DNA from: Limisphaerales bacterium
GTDB lineage: Bacteria; Verrucomicrobiota; Verrucomicrobiia; Limisphaerales; DSYF01
NCBI GenBank assembly: GCA_046290825.1
Contig: JBKBTZ010000003.1
Span: 9,881 to 73,880 of the forward strand
Length of the DNA stretch: 64,000 nt
Direction: 5' to 3'
Positions 33,522 through 45,325 of this stretch are shown here, one piece after another. The number at the start of each line of letters is the position of its first letter. Position 1 is the first letter of the stretch. Made by a program: the position numbers and the translations under genes. The notes beneath the pieces are model-generated. The model searched no databases, was not told where the DNA came from, and was given only the letters and a program-made list of their open reading frames with translations.

Positions 33522-35165
33522 ATGGCGTTGCATCCTCTGGCCGGACAACCTGCCCCCGCTGCGCTGTTGATTGATGTCGCGCAGCTCGAACGTGATTATT
33601 ACAGCAAACAGCCCGACCTCGCGGATCCGGGCCAGCTCGTCAGTTTTGGCACGAGCGGCCATCGCGGCACGCCGTTGCAGGGCACGTTCACCGAAGCCCA
33701 CATCCTCGCCATCACCCAGGCCCTGTGCGAACACCGCCGGGCGCGCGACATCACGGGGCCGCTTTACCTGGGCCGGGATTCCCACGCGATTTCCGCGGCG
33801 GCCCAGCGCACCGCGCTCGAGGTGCTGGCGGCCAACGGCGTTGAGATCTTCATTCAAGAGAACAACGGACTGACGCCCACCCCCGCGGTCTCCCACGCCA
33901 TTCTCACGCACAACCGGGGCCGCCCCGCCGGACTGGCCGACGGCATCGTCATCACCCCATCCCACAACCCGCCCGAGGATGGCGGCTTCAAATACAATCC
34001 GCCCAACGGCGGCCCCGCCGACACGGACATCACCACGTGGGTGCAAAACCGCGCCAACGAAATCCTGCGTGGCGGCAACCGCGAGGTGAAACGCCGTCCT
34101 TACGAGGCCGCGTTGCGGGCGCCCACCACGCACGCGTTTGATTTCATTGCGCCCTACGTGGCCACGCTCGGCGAGGTGGTGGATATGGAAGCCATCAAGG
34201 CGGCCGGTGTGCGCATCGGCGTGGACCCGCTGGGCGGCGCCTCGTTGCCGTATTGGGAGCCGATTGCCGCGCGTTACGGCCTGAACCTGACCCTTGTCAG
34301 CCAGCAATTGGACCCGCGCTTCGGGTTCATGACCGTGGACCACGACGGCAAAATCCGCATGGACTGCTCCAGTCCGCACGCGATGGCGGGACTGCTGGGA
34401 TGGAAGGACAGGTTTGACGTCGCGTTCGGCAACGACCCCGACGCGGACCGGCACGGCATTGTCACGCCCTCGGCGGGTCTGCTGAATCCGAACCATTACC
34501 TGGCGGTGGCCATTCGCTACCTGCTTACGCACCGGCCCGGATGGAACCCCGCCGCCGCGGTCGGCAAGACGCTGGTCAGCAGCTCGCTGATTGACCGGGT
34601 GGTGGCCGACCTCGGGCGTCGGTTGCTCGAGGTGCCCGTGGGATTCAAGTGGTTCACCCCGGGATTGTTTGACGGCTCGGTGTGTTTTGGCGGCGAGGAA
34701 AGCGCGGGGGCGAGTTTCCTGCGCCGGGACGGGACGGTGTGGAGCACGGACAAGGACGGTCTCATCCTCGGATTGCTGGCGGCGGAAATTTGCGCGACGA
34801 CCGGCAAGGACCCCGGGCAGCATTACGCGGAAATCACTGCAAAGTTTGGCGCGCCGTGCTATCAGCGCAGGGATGCGCCCGCCACGCCCGAGCAAAAGCG
34901 GGCCTTCAAAAAACTGACGCCCGAAGCCGTGAAAGCCGGGACGCTGGCCGGCGACGCCATCACGGCCAAGCTCACGCGCGCGCCCGGCAACAACGCGGAG
35001 ATCGGCGGCTTGAAAGTCTGCACCGCGAATGGCTGGTTCGCCGCGCGCCCGTCCGGCACGGAAAACATCTACAAGGTGTATGCCGAAAGCTTCAAAGGGG
35101 CCGCGCATCTGGAAGCCATCCTCGCCGAAGCGCAGCAGATCGTGACCGCGGCGCTGCGGGCGTAA
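33522..35165 (+). CDS. pgm: phosphoglucomutase, alpha-D-glucose-phosphate specific
   Basis: 547-aa ORF with FGTSGHRG (active-site Ser loop) and [11 protein letters not shown] (metal loop). Confidence 0.9.
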   Translation: MALHPLAGQPAPAALLIDVAQLERDYYSKQPDLADPGQLVSFGTSGHRGTPLQGTFTEAHILAITQALCEHRRARDITGPLYLGRDSHAISAAAQRTALEVLAANGVEIFIQENNGLTPTPAVSHAILTHNRGRPAGLADGIVITPSHNPPEDGGFKYNPPNGGPADTDITTWVQNRANEILRGGNREVKRRPYEAALRAPTTHAFDFIAPYVATLGEVVDMEAIKAAGVRIGVDPLGGASLPYWEPIAARYGLNLTLVSQQLDPRFGFMTVDHDGKIRMDCSSPHAMAGLLGWKDRFDVAFGNDPDADRHGIVTPSAGLLNPNHYLAVAIRYLLTHRPGWNPAAAVGKTLVSSSLIDRVVADLGRRLLEVPVGFKWFTPGLFDGSVCFGGEESAGASFLRRDGTVWSTDKDGLILGLLAAEICATTGKDPGQHYAEITAKFGAPCYQRRDAPATPEQKRAFKKLTPEAVKAGTLAGDAITAKLTRAPGNNAEIGGLKVCTANGWFAARPSGTENIYKVYAESFKGAAHLEAILAEAQQIVTAALRA

Positions 35166-35243
35166 AGGGCTGACGGATTTCGCCGGGGAGTTTGAACAGT
35201 CCGCCAGTCCCGCTGTCATTCTGTCGGCAACCCATTCAAAACC

Positions 35244-36233
35244 ATGAGCCACGGACTCGCCGCCATCAACGCCGCCGTCACCGAGGCGGGCGCCTTCACC
35301 CGTCCCCTCTTCAACGAACTGGCCAAGGTCATCGTCGGGCAGCAATACCTCGTCGAGCGACTGGTCATCGGCCTGCTGGCCAACGGTCATGTCCTCCTCG
35401 AGGGCGTGCCCGGGCTGGCCAAAACCACGGCCGTCAAGGCGCTGGCCAATGCCCTGCGGGTGAAGTTCTCCCGCCTGCAATTCACGCCGGACATGCTGCC
35501 CGCCGACGTCATTGGCACCCAGGTCTATAATCCCCAGTCCGGCACCTTCAGCACCCGCAAAGGCCCCATCTTTGCCCACCTGATTCTGGCCGACGAAATC
35601 AACCGCGCGCCCGCCAAGGTGCAGTCCGCCCTGCTCGAGGCCATGCAGGAAAAGCAGGTCACCATTGGCGAACAAAGTTACCGGTTGGAGGAGCCCTTCC
35701 TGGTCCTGGCCACACAGAACCCGATCGAACAAGAGGGCACGTATCCGCTGCCGGAAGCGCAGGTGGACCGGTTCATGTTGAAGCTCAAAATCGGCTACCC
35801 GACCCGCGCCGAGGAGCGGCAAATCCTGGAACTCATGGCCCGCACGACCAATCCGCCGCACGCCGAACCCGTGGTGGACCCGCAACAAATCCTCCGGGCC
35901 CGCGAGGTCATCAACGACATCTACGTGGACGACAAGGTGAAGGACTACATCGTGGACGTGGTGTGCGCCACGCGCGATCCCGGCCATTACAAAATCGCGG
36001 TCAAGGAGTTCATCCAACTCGGGGCCTCCCCCCGCGCCACCATTGCGCTCACGCTCGCCGCCAAGGCTTACGCCTTTCTCAAGGGCCGCGGCTACGTGAC
36101 GCCGCAGGACGTCAAGAGCATCGGCATGGACGTGCTCCGTCACCGTGTGGCCATCACCTACGAGGCCGAGGCGGAGGAAAAGACCAGCGAGGACATCATT
36201 CGGAAGATCTTTGACGAACTGCCCGTGCCGTAA
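35244..36233 (+). CDS. MoxR-family AAA+ ATPase
   Basis: 329-aa ORF. Walker A GVPGLAKT and Walker B LILADEINRAPAKVQSALLEAMQE. Confidence 0.9.
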   Translation: MSHGLAAINAAVTEAGAFTRPLFNELAKVIVGQQYLVERLVIGLLANGHVLLEGVPGLAKTTAVKALANALRVKFSRLQFTPDMLPADVIGTQVYNPQSGTFSTRKGPIFAHLILADEINRAPAKVQSALLEAMQEKQVTIGEQSYRLEEPFLVLATQNPIEQEGTYPLPEAQVDRFMLKLKIGYPTRAEERQILELMARTTNPPHAEPVVDPQQILRAREVINDIYVDDKVKDYIVDVVCATRDPGHYKIAVKEFIQLGASPRATIALTLAAKAYAFLKGRGYVTPQDVKSIGMDVLRHRVAITYEAEAEEKTSEDIIRKIFDELPVP

Positions 36234-36257
36234 GCGGCATGGCGAGCGCGGGAGGGG

Positions 36258-36331
36258 TGGAGCGGGCGAAGGGAATCGAACCCTCGTGTGCAGCTTGGAA
36301 GGCTGCCGTTCTACCATTGAACTACGCCCGC
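36258..36331 (-). tRNA. tRNA-Gly (anticodon UCC), CCA encoded
   Basis: Manual cloverleaf: GCGGGCG-TA-GTTC-AATGGTA-GAAC-G-GCAGC-CTTCCAA-GCTGC-ACAC-GAGGG-TTCGATT-CCCTT-CGCCCGC-T-CCA. Confidence 0.85.
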
Positions 36332-36362
36332 GCCGCGCCGCATCGTATCGGGGTCGCCCGCC

Positions 36363-36390
36363 TTGTCAACCTTGCCCCCCCGTGTATGCT
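36363..36390 (+). promoter_or_regulatory. putative pyrC promoter: TTGTCA-16-TATGCT, then 8 nt to ATG
   Basis: Hexamers read directly from the sequence. Confidence 0.45.
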
Positions 36391-36398
36391 CGCCGCGC

Positions 36399-37784
36399 AT
36401 GAATTCGCTGCTGCTGACCGGCGGGCGCGTGATTGACCCGGCCCACTCGTTCGACGCCGTCGCCGATCTGCTCATTGCCGACGGTCGGATCGCAGCCGTG
36501 GGCGCCGGGGCGGCCCGGCACGCACCGGCGGACTTCCGGCGGCTGGACGTCTCCGGATTGGTGGTGTGTCCCGGCCTGATTGACCTGCACGTCCATCTGC
36601 GCGAGCCGGGCCAGACGGCCAAGGAAACCATCGCTTCCGGCACCGCCGCCGCCGCGCGGGGCGGGTTCACGTCGGTGGTCTGCATGCCCAACACGGCCCC
36701 GGCGATTGACAGTGCCGCCACCGTGGCGCTGGTCCATGAGCGCGCCAAGCAATCCGCGGTCGTCAATGTATTTGTCGCCGGGGCGATCACCAAGGGCATC
36801 GCCGGCGAGGAACTGGCCCCCATCGGCTCCCTGCACCGCGCGGGGGTCGTGGCCATCACCGATGACGGTCATTGCGTGCAGAACCATGAACTCATGCGCC
36901 GCGCCCTGGAATACGCCCACATGTTCGGGCTGCCGGTGATGGACCACTGCCAGGACTACGGCCTGGTGACCGACGGCGTGATGCACGAGGGCTACTGGAG
37001 CATCGCCCTCGGGCTGCGCGGCTGGCCGTCCGTGGGCGAGGAGATGATCGTTGCCCGCAACATTCTCCTCGCCGAACAGACCGGCTGCCACGTGCATTGC
37101 CAGCATCTCAGCGCGGCCGGCAGCGTCCGCCTGCTTCGCGAGGCCAAACGCCGCGGCGTGCCCGTTTCCGGCGAGGCCTGTCCGCACCATTTCACCCTGA
37201 CGGACGCGGCGGTGGCGGGCAGCGACAAATTCTGGGCCGCCGACGGGAACGGCGTGACCGGCATTGCCTCCATGCGCCCCGCCCTGCCCGCCTGGCCCGC
37301 GTATCACACGCATTTCAAAATGAACCCCCCGCTCCGGTCCGCCGCGGACCGCGAGGCCATCCTCGAGGGGCTGGTGGACGGCACCATCGAGATTCTCGCC
37401 AGCGACCACGCGCCGCATTGCAATTACGAAAAGGAGGTCGAGTTTGACTACGCCCCGTTCGGCATCACCGGCCTGGAAACCGAGCTGGCCCTCTCGCTGA
37501 TGCAGCTCTACCACGGGCGCCGGCTCGGCCTGGCGGAAGTCCTCGCCAAGTTCACCGTCCACCCCGCCCGGCTGCTCAAGCTGAACAAGGGCACGCTGGC
37601 CGTCGGCGCAGACGCGGACGTCACGGTGTTCGATCCTGACCGCGAATGGGTCTTCACCCCGGGCGAATCCGTCAGCAAATCCCGCAACAGCCCGTTCTTC
37701 GGTTGGACGCTCAAGGGGCGGGCGATGGCCACGATTGTCGGGGGCCGTCCGGTCTGGCTGGACCAGCGGCTGGCCGCCGCGTGA
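36399..37784 (+). CDS. pyrC: dihydroorotase (amidohydrolase family)
   Basis: ORF trimmed to ATG 36399 (MNSLLLTGGRVIDP). Metal-binding motif GLIDLHVHLREPG and ..ASDHAPH. Confidence 0.85.
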   Translation: MNSLLLTGGRVIDPAHSFDAVADLLIADGRIAAVGAGAARHAPADFRRLDVSGLVVCPGLIDLHVHLREPGQTAKETIASGTAAAARGGFTSVVCMPNTAPAIDSAATVALVHERAKQSAVVNVFVAGAITKGIAGEELAPIGSLHRAGVVAITDDGHCVQNHELMRRALEYAHMFGLPVMDHCQDYGLVTDGVMHEGYWSIALGLRGWPSVGEEMIVARNILLAEQTGCHVHCQHLSAAGSVRLLREAKRRGVPVSGEACPHHFTLTDAAVAGSDKFWAADGNGVTGIASMRPALPAWPAYHTHFKMNPPLRSAADREAILEGLVDGTIEILASDHAPHCNYEKEVEFDYAPFGITGLETELALSLMQLYHGRRLGLAEVLAKFTVHPARLLKLNKGTLAVGADADVTVFDPDREWVFTPGESVSKSRNSPFFGWTLKGRAMATIVGGRPVWLDQRLAAA

Positions 37785-37839
37785 ACGACGCGCGCCAACT
37801 TCCCCTTGCGCTTTGCCCCTGCGCCGCCACCCTTGCGCG

Positions 37840-38730
37840 GTGAGCGCCACGCCCCTCCTGCATCTGGACCTCCCCGGCATCCCGCGCGTCCGCAGCGGCA
37901 AAGTCCGGGAGATTTTCGACCTCGGCGACGGCCTGTTGCTCGTCGCCACCGATCGCCTGTCCGCCTTCGACGTCATCCTTCCCAACGGCATCCCGCGCAA
38001 GGGCGAGGTGCTGACGCAAATCTCGCATTTCTGGTTCGCCCGCTTCGCCGACCTCGTCCCCAACCATCTGCTGGCCGGCGCCGACGCCCCGCTGCCCGCC
38101 CGGTTGCAGCCCTTCGCGGCGCAACTGGCCCGGCGCTGCATGATCGTCAAAAAGGCGCAGCCGCTCGCCATTGAATGCATCGTGCGCGGCTACCTCAGCG
38201 GCTCGGGCTGGAAGGAGTATCAAAAAAACCAGACCGTGTGCGGCATCCGGCTCCCGGCCGGACTGGTGGAATCCGCCGAACTGCCGGAACCGATTTTCAC
38301 CCCCTCCACCAAGGCCGCCTCCGGTCATGATGAAAACATTTCCTTTGACCGCGCCCGGGAAATCCTCGGTCCGGACCTGGCGGAACAGGCGCGCGACCTG
38401 AGCCTGCGGCTTTACCGGGCGGGCCGGGACTACGCCCGGACGCGCGGCATTCTCATCGCAGACACCAAATTCGAGTTTGGCCTCTGGGAGGGGAGGCTCA
38501 TCCTGATTGACGAGGTGCTCACGCCCGACTCGTCCCGTTTCTGGCCCGCCGACCAGTATGTCCCGGGCCGCAGCCAGCCGAGCTTCGACAAGCAATTCGT
38601 CCGCGATTACCTGGAGACGCTGGACTGGGACAAAACGCCGCCCGGCCCCGTGCTGCCCGACGAGGTGGTGGCGCGCACCAGCGCCAAATACCTCGAGGCC
38701 TACGAACGCCTCACCGGACGGCCGCTCTAA
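37840..38730 (+). CDS. purC: phosphoribosylaminoimidazole-succinocarboxamide synthase
   Basis: SAICAR synthetase motifs: SGKVREIF, VATDRLSAFD, LIADTKFEFG. I infer a GTG start at 37840 (VSATPLLHLDLPG); the upstream part of the ORF overlaps pyrC. Confidence 0.8.
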   Translation: MSATPLLHLDLPGIPRVRSGKVREIFDLGDGLLLVATDRLSAFDVILPNGIPRKGEVLTQISHFWFARFADLVPNHLLAGADAPLPARLQPFAAQLARRCMIVKKAQPLAIECIVRGYLSGSGWKEYQKNQTVCGIRLPAGLVESAELPEPIFTPSTKAASGHDENISFDRAREILGPDLAEQARDLSLRLYRAGRDYARTRGILIADTKFEFGLWEGRLILIDEVLTPDSSRFWPADQYVPGRSQPSFDKQFVRDYLETLDWDKTPPGPVLPDEVVARTSAKYLEAYERLTGRPL

Positions 38731-38767
38731 CGCGGTGCCCGGGCGGCAAACTGTGATCATTCGCCCG

Positions 38768-39739
38768 TCAATCCGGGTAACCAGTCGGATGCTTCACGTG
38801 CCACGCCCACGCCGTGGCGACGATGTCCTCGAGTTTGGGGAAGCGCGGTTTCCAGCCCAGTTCCCGGATGGCCTTCTCGGCGGAGGCCACCAGCTTCGGC
38901 GGATCGCCCGGGCGGCGCGGCCTGGCCACGGCGGGGATTTTCTTTCCGGTAACGCGTTCGCACGTTTCGATGACCTGTTTGACGGAATAACCGTCCCCGT
39001 TGCCGAGGTTGTAAAAGCCGGTCTTGCCGGGCGTGAGACCAAGGATGTGCGCCTGGGCCAGGTCCTGGATGTGGATGTAATCGCGGATGCAGGTGCCGTC
39101 CGGCGTCGGGTAATCCGTGCCGTAGATTTCGCAATGGGTCGCCTGCCCGAGCGCCACCTTGAGCACGTTGGGAATGAGATGCGTCTCGACGCGGTGATGT
39201 TCCCCGAATTTTTCGCTCGCCCCGGCCGCGTTGAAGTAGCGGAACGCGATGAACTCCAGTCCGTAAATCCGCTGATACCAGCTCAGCGCCTTCTCGAACA
39301 TGAGCTTGGATTCGCCATAGGGATTGATGGGCCGCTGCGGCAGGTCCTCCGTCATGGGCACGCGGTCGGGCGGGCCGTAGGTGGCGCAGGTGGAGCTGAA
39401 GACGAATTTCTTCACGCCGTGCGCCACGGCGGCATCGGCGAGCTGGAGCGCGTGGCAGAAGTTGTTGCGGAAATACTTGGACGGATTGGTCATGGACTCG
39501 CCGACCAGCGTAAACGCGGCGAAGTGCATAATGGCGTCGGGCTTCACGGCGGCCACGGCGGCGGCGATGTTTCCCGGCTCCTCGGGACGGGCCTGCACAA
39601 AGGCTGCCCGCGCGTCCACCGCCGAGCGGTGCCCTTCCGAAAGGTCGTCATAAACCGTGACGTCATGCCCCGCGTTGAGCAGTTCCTCGACGCAGATGGA
39701 CCCGATATAACCGGCACCGCCGGTAACCAGAACTTTCAT
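38768..39739 (-). CDS. galE: UDP-glucose 4-epimerase
   Basis: 323-aa ORF: MKVLVTGGAGYIGS, YGESK (YxxxK). Confidence 0.9.
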   Translation of the reverse strand: MKVLVTGGAGYIGSICVEELLNAGHDVTVYDDLSEGHRSAVDARAAFVQARPEEPGNIAAAVAAVKPDAIMHFAAFTLVGESMTNPSKYFRNNFCHALQLADAAVAHGVKKFVFSSTCATYGPPDRVPMTEDLPQRPINPYGESKLMFEKALSWYQRIYGLEFIAFRYFNAAGASEKFGEHHRVETHLIPNVLKVALGQATHCEIYGTDYPTPDGTCIRDYIHIQDLAQAHILGLTPGKTGFYNLGNGDGYSVKQVIETCERVTGKKIPAVARPRRPGDPPKLVASAEKAIRELGWKPRFPKLEDIVATAWAWHVKHPTGYPD

Positions 39740-40074
39740 GGCGGGCGCAGGCTACCGCAGGACCGCCACCCGGCTCAACGCGCATTTCGATCGCATCAAA
39801 TCGAAACCCAGCCTTGGTCCGGATGACCGTGCCAGCCCCGTAGCGGCGCCTCGGCAAAGCGCTGCCATCTTGCCCGCAGCCCCCCGCCGCACCGCCCGAG
39901 AAGTCACCGTCGGTCTCCGGCGCCGTAGCCCCACGACCAGCCACGCGGCTGCGGATGAGGACATCCGCGCTCCACGCCACCGGCGCGCGGACGGCCTGCA
40001 CTAGCCCCGGGAGCGGCGGCGCGGGTGTTTTCCCGGTTGCGGGCGATTGCCCGGGCGTGAATACTGCGGCCTGT

Positions 40075-40152
40075 CGGAGCGTAGCTCAGCCTGGCTAGAG
40101 CACTTGCTTTGGGAGCAAGACGTCGCAGGTTCGAATCCTGTCGCTCCGACCA
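40075..40152 (+). tRNA. tRNA-Pro (anticodon UGG), CCA encoded
   Basis: Manual cloverleaf: CGGAGCG-TA-GCTC-AGCCTGGCTA-GAGC-A-CTTGC-TTTGGGA-GCAAG-ACGTC-GCAGG-TTCGAAT-CCTGT-CGCTCCG-A-CCA. Confidence 0.85.
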
Positions 40153-40199
40153 TTTCTTTTTTCCCCCGCCGCCGACCGCTGCCCACCGCGCCAGAGAAG

Positions 40200-41090
40200 T
40201 TATTGCTTTGCGACCGGACGGCCGAAACCGCGTTCGCGCAGCCAGAATTCGCAGTCGCGCGTCCAGGGATGGCGGGACTCGGGCTGCCACTGGCTGGTGC
40301 CCAAACCAAGACCATGACCACCGCGTTCGTAAATGTGCAGGGCGAACGGCACGCCCGCCCGGCGGAGGGCGGCGGCGAATTGAAGGGAGTTTTCGACCGG
40401 GACGCCTTTGTCCTCCCAAGTGTGCCAGATGAAACAAGGCGGGGTGTTCGAGGTGACCTGACGCTCGTTGGAGAGCAGTTCGATCAGCGCAGGGTCGGGG
40501 TCGTCGCCGAGAAGGTTCTTGCGGGAGCCGCGATGGGTAAATTCTCCCAGGGTGATAACCGGGTAGCACAGGATGCCGAGGTCCGGGCGGCTGGATTGGC
40601 GTTCGATGGCGTCAGCCGCATCGGGCTGGCCGGCGTCGAAATGGGTGAGCAGGGTGGAGGCGAGGTGGCCGCCGGCGGATGAACCCATGATGCCGACGCG
40701 GCGCGGGTCCACGCCCCATTCGGCAGCGCGGGCGCGGACGGTGCGAAGGGCGCGGGCGGCGTCCTGCAGCATGGCCGGATGCCGGTAGCCCGCAGACCCG
40801 AGGCGGTAGCGGAGCACGAAACCGGCAATGCCCTGTTCGTTGAGCCAGCGGGCGTAGTCCTCGCCTTCGTGCCGGGCGAGATGGCCGTAGCCGCCGCCCG
40901 GACAAATGACGATGGCCGCGCCGGTGGCAAGGTTGGTGGCGGGGAGATAAGCGGTCAGTTTTGGGATGTCGTTGGAGGAATTGCCCAGCGCACCGGGGGC
41001 ACCGTCGGGCCAGAGAGGAAATTGCATCGGCGTTTCACCTTGGGCCAGGAGGGCGGCGGACAGCAGGCTGGCGAGGAAGAGCGTTTTCAC
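40200..41090 (-). CDS. secreted alpha/beta hydrolase (esterase/lipase-like)
   Basis: GSSAGGH (GxSxG) and HGGG-like CPGGGYG. I infer a GTG start at 41090 (VKTLFLASLLSAALLAQG signal peptide, GGTGGA upstream). Confidence 0.7.
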   Translation of the reverse strand: MKTLFLASLLSAALLAQGETPMQFPLWPDGAPGALGNSSNDIPKLTAYLPATNLATGAAIVICPGGGYGHLARHEGEDYARWLNEQGIAGFVLRYRLGSAGYRHPAMLQDAARALRTVRARAAEWGVDPRRVGIMGSSAGGHLASTLLTHFDAGQPDAADAIERQSSRPDLGILCYPVITLGEFTHRGSRKNLLGDDPDPALIELLSNERQVTSNTPPCFIWHTWEDKGVPVENSLQFAAALRRAGVPFALHIYERGGHGLGLGTSQWQPESRHPWTRDCEFWLRERGFGRPVAKQ

Positions 41091-41229
41091 GCTTCCACCA
41101 TATCGTTCGGGCGGGGCGGCGCACGCGGAAATTTGCGTCATCCACCGGGTCCGCGACTCGGGCCGGAAATGGCTCCCCAAGCAAGGGAGGCGCGGCCCCC
41201 GGCCATGGCCGTTTTCGCCGGAGCGCTGG

Positions 41230-42612
<1,383 letters not shown>

Positions 42613-42656
42613 GACAATGCGCGGGGTTGACCGGACCGGGGACGGCCCGGGGGCGA

Positions 42657-43124
42657 TCAGAGCGGGCGGACCCGGAAAATGGGCTGGCCGAACTCGACCG
42701 GTTTGGCGTTTTCCACCAACACTTCCGTGATCACGCCCCGGACTTCAGCCTTGATCTCGTTCATGACCTTCATGGCCTCAATGATGCAGACCACGGTGTC
42801 CGGGTTCACTTCCGTGCCCACTTCGACATAGGCAGCCGCTTCCGGGGAGGGCGAACGGTAGAAGGTGCCGATCATCGGCGATTTGATCTCGATGCCCCCG
42901 GCTGACGCCGGGGCGGCAGCGGGCGCGGGCAGAGCGGCAGGCGCTCCCCCGGTTGCTGGACCAGGAGCGGGTGCATAGGCTACCGGTGCCTCTTCATACA
43001 CCACGGGTGCTCCGGCTCCGCCCCGCTTGAGGCGGATTTTGAAGCCCTCACGCTCCATCTCGAACTCCGAAACGGAGTTCTTTTTCATCAGGTCAATGAT
43101 CGCTTTGATGTCCTTGAGGTCCAC
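42657..43124 (-). CDS. accB: acetyl-CoA carboxylase biotin carboxyl carrier protein
   Basis: GTG start at 43124 with GGAGA upstream. Ala/Pro linker and biotinylation motif EAMKVMNEI. Confidence 0.9.
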   Translation of the reverse strand: MDLKDIKAIIDLMKKNSVSEFEMEREGFKIRLKRGGAGAPVVYEEAPVAYAPAPGPATGGAPAALPAPAAAPASAGGIEIKSPMIGTFYRSPSPEAAAYVEVGTEVNPDTVVCIIEAMKVMNEIKAEVRGVITEVLVENAKPVEFGQPIFRVRPL

Positions 43125-43321
43125 AACGAGTGTCTCCGGGTATTTTTGTTAAGATTGGATGTCGTTAATGAAAAAGGCACCGCGAAAACCCGGGAATAAG
43201 GCCAAAACCATCGTCAAAACGGGGCGACGCTAGCAGCGCAGGAAGGTGAGTCAAGCGAAGAGTCGGAATCATCGCCGCTCGACAATCGTCGCTAGCAGGT
43301 GTCATTCCGGGCCGATTCGGA

Positions 43322-43753
43322 CTATTCTTTAACGCTAACCGCAGCGATTAATCCTAGGATATACGAGTTTTTCCCAAAACCGGCGATGATCCCCTTGCAA
43401 ACCGGCGCGATCATCGAGTGATGCCGGAACTCCTCCCGCGCATGGACGTTGGAAAGGTGGATTTCGATGGCGGGAACGCCGGTGGCCGCCAAAGCATCAC
43501 GGATGGCAACGCTCGTGTGGGTGTAAGCGGCGGCGTTGATGACGATGGCATCGAACTGGCCCTTGGCCTGTTGTATCCAAGTGACCAGTTCGCCCTCGAG
43601 GTTCGACTGGCGAAAGGCGATTTCCACCCCACGCCGGTCGGCTTCCGCCCGGACGGCCTGCTCGATTTCACCCAGGGTCAGGGTTCCGTAAATGCCCGGT
43701 TCCCGGGTGCCCAGCAGGTTCAGGTTGGGGCCGTTGAGGAACAGCACTTTCAT
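43322..43753 (-). CDS. aroQ: type II 3-dehydroquinate dehydratase
   Basis: 143-aa ORF: [23 protein letters not shown].., [12 protein letters not shown]. Confidence 0.9.
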   Translation of the reverse strand: MKVLFLNGPNLNLLGTREPGIYGTLTLGEIEQAVRAEADRRGVEIAFRQSNLEGELVTWIQQAKGQFDAIVINAAAYTHTSVAIRDALAATGVPAIEIHLSNVHAREEFRHHSMIAPVCKGIIAGFGKNSYILGLIAAVSVKE

Positions 43754-43761
43754 CGGCGACG

Positions 43762-43790
43762 AGTTTGGGAGCCGCAGCCCGGGTTGTCGA
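43762..43790 (-). promoter_or_regulatory. putative aroQ-accBC promoter: TCGACA-17-CAAACT, then 8 nt to ATG
   Basis: Read on the minus strand (plus-strand tgtcga 43785..43790, agtttg 43762..43767). Confidence 0.4.
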
Positions 43791-43813
43791 ATCTTTAGCG
43801 GGCAGGCCGTCGG

Positions 43814-43842
43814 TTGCCATCGGGGCGGGTTCCGGCTTAACT
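43814..43842 (+). promoter_or_regulatory. putative promoter of the ABM-ADH genes: TTGCCA-17-TTAACT, then 6 nt to ATG
   Basis: Hexamers read directly. It lies back to back with the aroQ promoter. Confidence 0.4.
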
Positions 43843-43848
43843 CCGCCC

Positions 43849-44154
43849 ATGCTCGTCGTCCACGTTCACGTTCAGGTCAAACCGGAATATGTCGAGGCCT
43901 TTGTTGCCGCCACGCTGGCCAATGCGCGGGAAAGCATCCGCGAGCCGGGGGTGGCGGCGTTTGACGTCGTGCAGCAGGAAGACGATCCCACCCGCTTTGT
44001 GTTGGTTGAGGCCTACCGGACGCCCGACGCCCCGGCAGCCCACAAGGAAACCGCCCATTACAAGGCCTGGCGCGATGCCGTGGCTCCCATGATGGCCGAA
44101 CCGCGTTCCAGCGTGAAATTCCGCAACCTGTTTCCCGACGACGCCAACTGGTGA
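43849..44154 (+). CDS. ABM-domain (antibiotic biosynthesis monooxygenase-like) protein
   Basis: ORF trimmed to ATG 43849 ([25 protein letters not shown]). About 100 aa, typical ferredoxin-like ABM pattern. Confidence 0.7.
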   Translation: MLVVHVHVQVKPEYVEAFVAATLANARESIREPGVAAFDVVQQEDDPTRFVLVEAYRTPDAPAAHKETAHYKAWRDAVAPMMAEPRSSVKFRNLFPDDANW

Positions 44155-44155
44155 C

Positions 44156-45310
44156 ATGCGCTGGGAATTCGCCACCGCCGCGCGCGTCCTTTTCGGGCCG
44201 GGCGTCCGCCGGGAAATCGGCCCCCTGGCCCGCGAATTCGGGCGACGGGCGCTGGTCGTGACTGGAGCCAGGCCAGACCGGGCGGCGGAACTGCTGGCAT
44301 TGCTCCGGGCGGCGGGCCTTGAGGCGGACGTTTTCCCGGTCAGCGGCGAACCCACGGTGGCGACGGCGGAAACCGGCGTGGCACGCGCACGGGAAAGGGC
44401 CTGCGAACTCGTCATCGCCTGCGGCGGTGGCAGCGCGCTGGACGCTGGAAAGGCCATCGCCGCGCTGCTGACGAACCCCGGCCCGGTGACGGATTATTTG
44501 GAAGTCGTCGGGCGCGGCCAACCGTTGGGCGCGCCGCCGGTGCCGTTTATTGCCATTCCCACCACCGCCGGAACCGGCGCGGAAGTGACCCGCAATGCCG
44601 TCCTGGCCGTGCCCGAACGGCGGGTCAAAGTCAGCCTCCGCAGCCCGCTCATGCTGCCCCGGCTGGCGCTGGTGGACCCCGAACTTACCCTCGCACTGCC
44701 TCCCAACGTCACCGCCGCCACCGGTCTCGACGCCCTGACGCAACTCATCGAGCCGTATGTTTCCTGCCGGGCGAATCCGATGACCGACGCCTTGTGCGCG
44801 GCGGGCATTCCGCTGGTTGCGCGGGCCTTGCCGCGCGCCTTCGCCAACGGCCACGACCTCGCCGCCCGGACAGACATGGCGCAAGCCAGCTTGTGGAGCG
44901 GCATGGCCCTGGCCAACGCCGGCCTGGGTGCCGTGCATGGCCTGGCGGGGCCGATTGGCGGGCGGTTTACCGCGCCGCACGGGGCGGTCTGCGCTGCTCT
45001 GTTGCCGCATGTGTTTGCGGTCAACTGGCGGGCGGTGCGGGAACGCGGTGCCAATCCGCCACTGTCCGCCCGCTTCGCTGCCATCGCCCGCTGGCTCACC
45101 GGACAGGAATCGGCGGAGCCGGAAGACGCGGGGCGCTGGCTGGGCGAGCGGGTGCGGGAGTTTGGGATTCCGCCGCTCCGGCATTACGGCATCGCGGAAG
45201 GAGATTTTGACGAACTCATCACCCAGTCCGCCGCGGCCAGCAGCATGAAGGGCAACCCGGTGCCGCTGACGCCGGGGGAGGTGCGGGGGATTCTCCGGGC
45301 GGCGTGGTAG
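44156..45310 (+). CDS. iron-containing alcohol dehydrogenase
   Basis: 384-aa ORF. Fe-ADH pattern: GGGSALDAGKAIA, AIPTTAGTGAEVT, conserved His residues. Confidence 0.85.
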   Translation: MRWEFATAARVLFGPGVRREIGPLAREFGRRALVVTGARPDRAAELLALLRAAGLEADVFPVSGEPTVATAETGVARARERACELVIACGGGSALDAGKAIAALLTNPGPVTDYLEVVGRGQPLGAPPVPFIAIPTTAGTGAEVTRNAVLAVPERRVKVSLRSPLMLPRLALVDPELTLALPPNVTAATGLDALTQLIEPYVSCRANPMTDALCAAGIPLVARALPRAFANGHDLAARTDMAQASLWSGMALANAGLGAVHGLAGPIGGRFTAPHGAVCAALLPHVFAVNWRAVRERGANPPLSARFAAIARWLTGQESAEPEDAGRWLGERVREFGIPPLRHYGIAEGDFDELITQSAAASSMKGNPVPLTPGEVRGILRAAW

Positions 45311-45325
45311 CCGCGTGGGAAAACT

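Noticed and set aside
35244-36233. MoxR ATPase without the usual DUF58/VWA partner genes, considered as an unusual orphan
   Set aside because: The partners may simply lie elsewhere. Absence within one window is not evidence of anything unusual.
32793-36317. 1174-aa minus-strand ORF, the longest in the ORF track
   Set aside because: It starts inside tRNA-Gly. It runs antisense to four well-supported plus-strand genes (alpha/beta hydrolase, pgm, moxR and the aas 3' end). Its sequence is Arg/Gly/Ala/Pro-rich with no motifs. This is the typical stop-free antisense frame of GC3-rich coding DNA.
36366-38180. 604-aa minus-strand ORF
   Set aside because: It is antisense to pyrC and purC. No motifs, and composition typical of an antisense frame.
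39740-40074. 335-bp gap between galE and tRNA-Pro, considered for a small gene or a genomic-island attachment site
   Set aside because: The ORFs there (88-112 aa) have antisense-like composition. There is no integrase, direct repeat of the tRNA 3' end or compositional break next to either tRNA.
40001-40432. ORFs overlapping tRNA-Pro (40001..40321 minus, 40109..40432 plus)
   Set aside because: They overlap a well-formed tRNA and the 3' end of the esterase gene. They are spurious.
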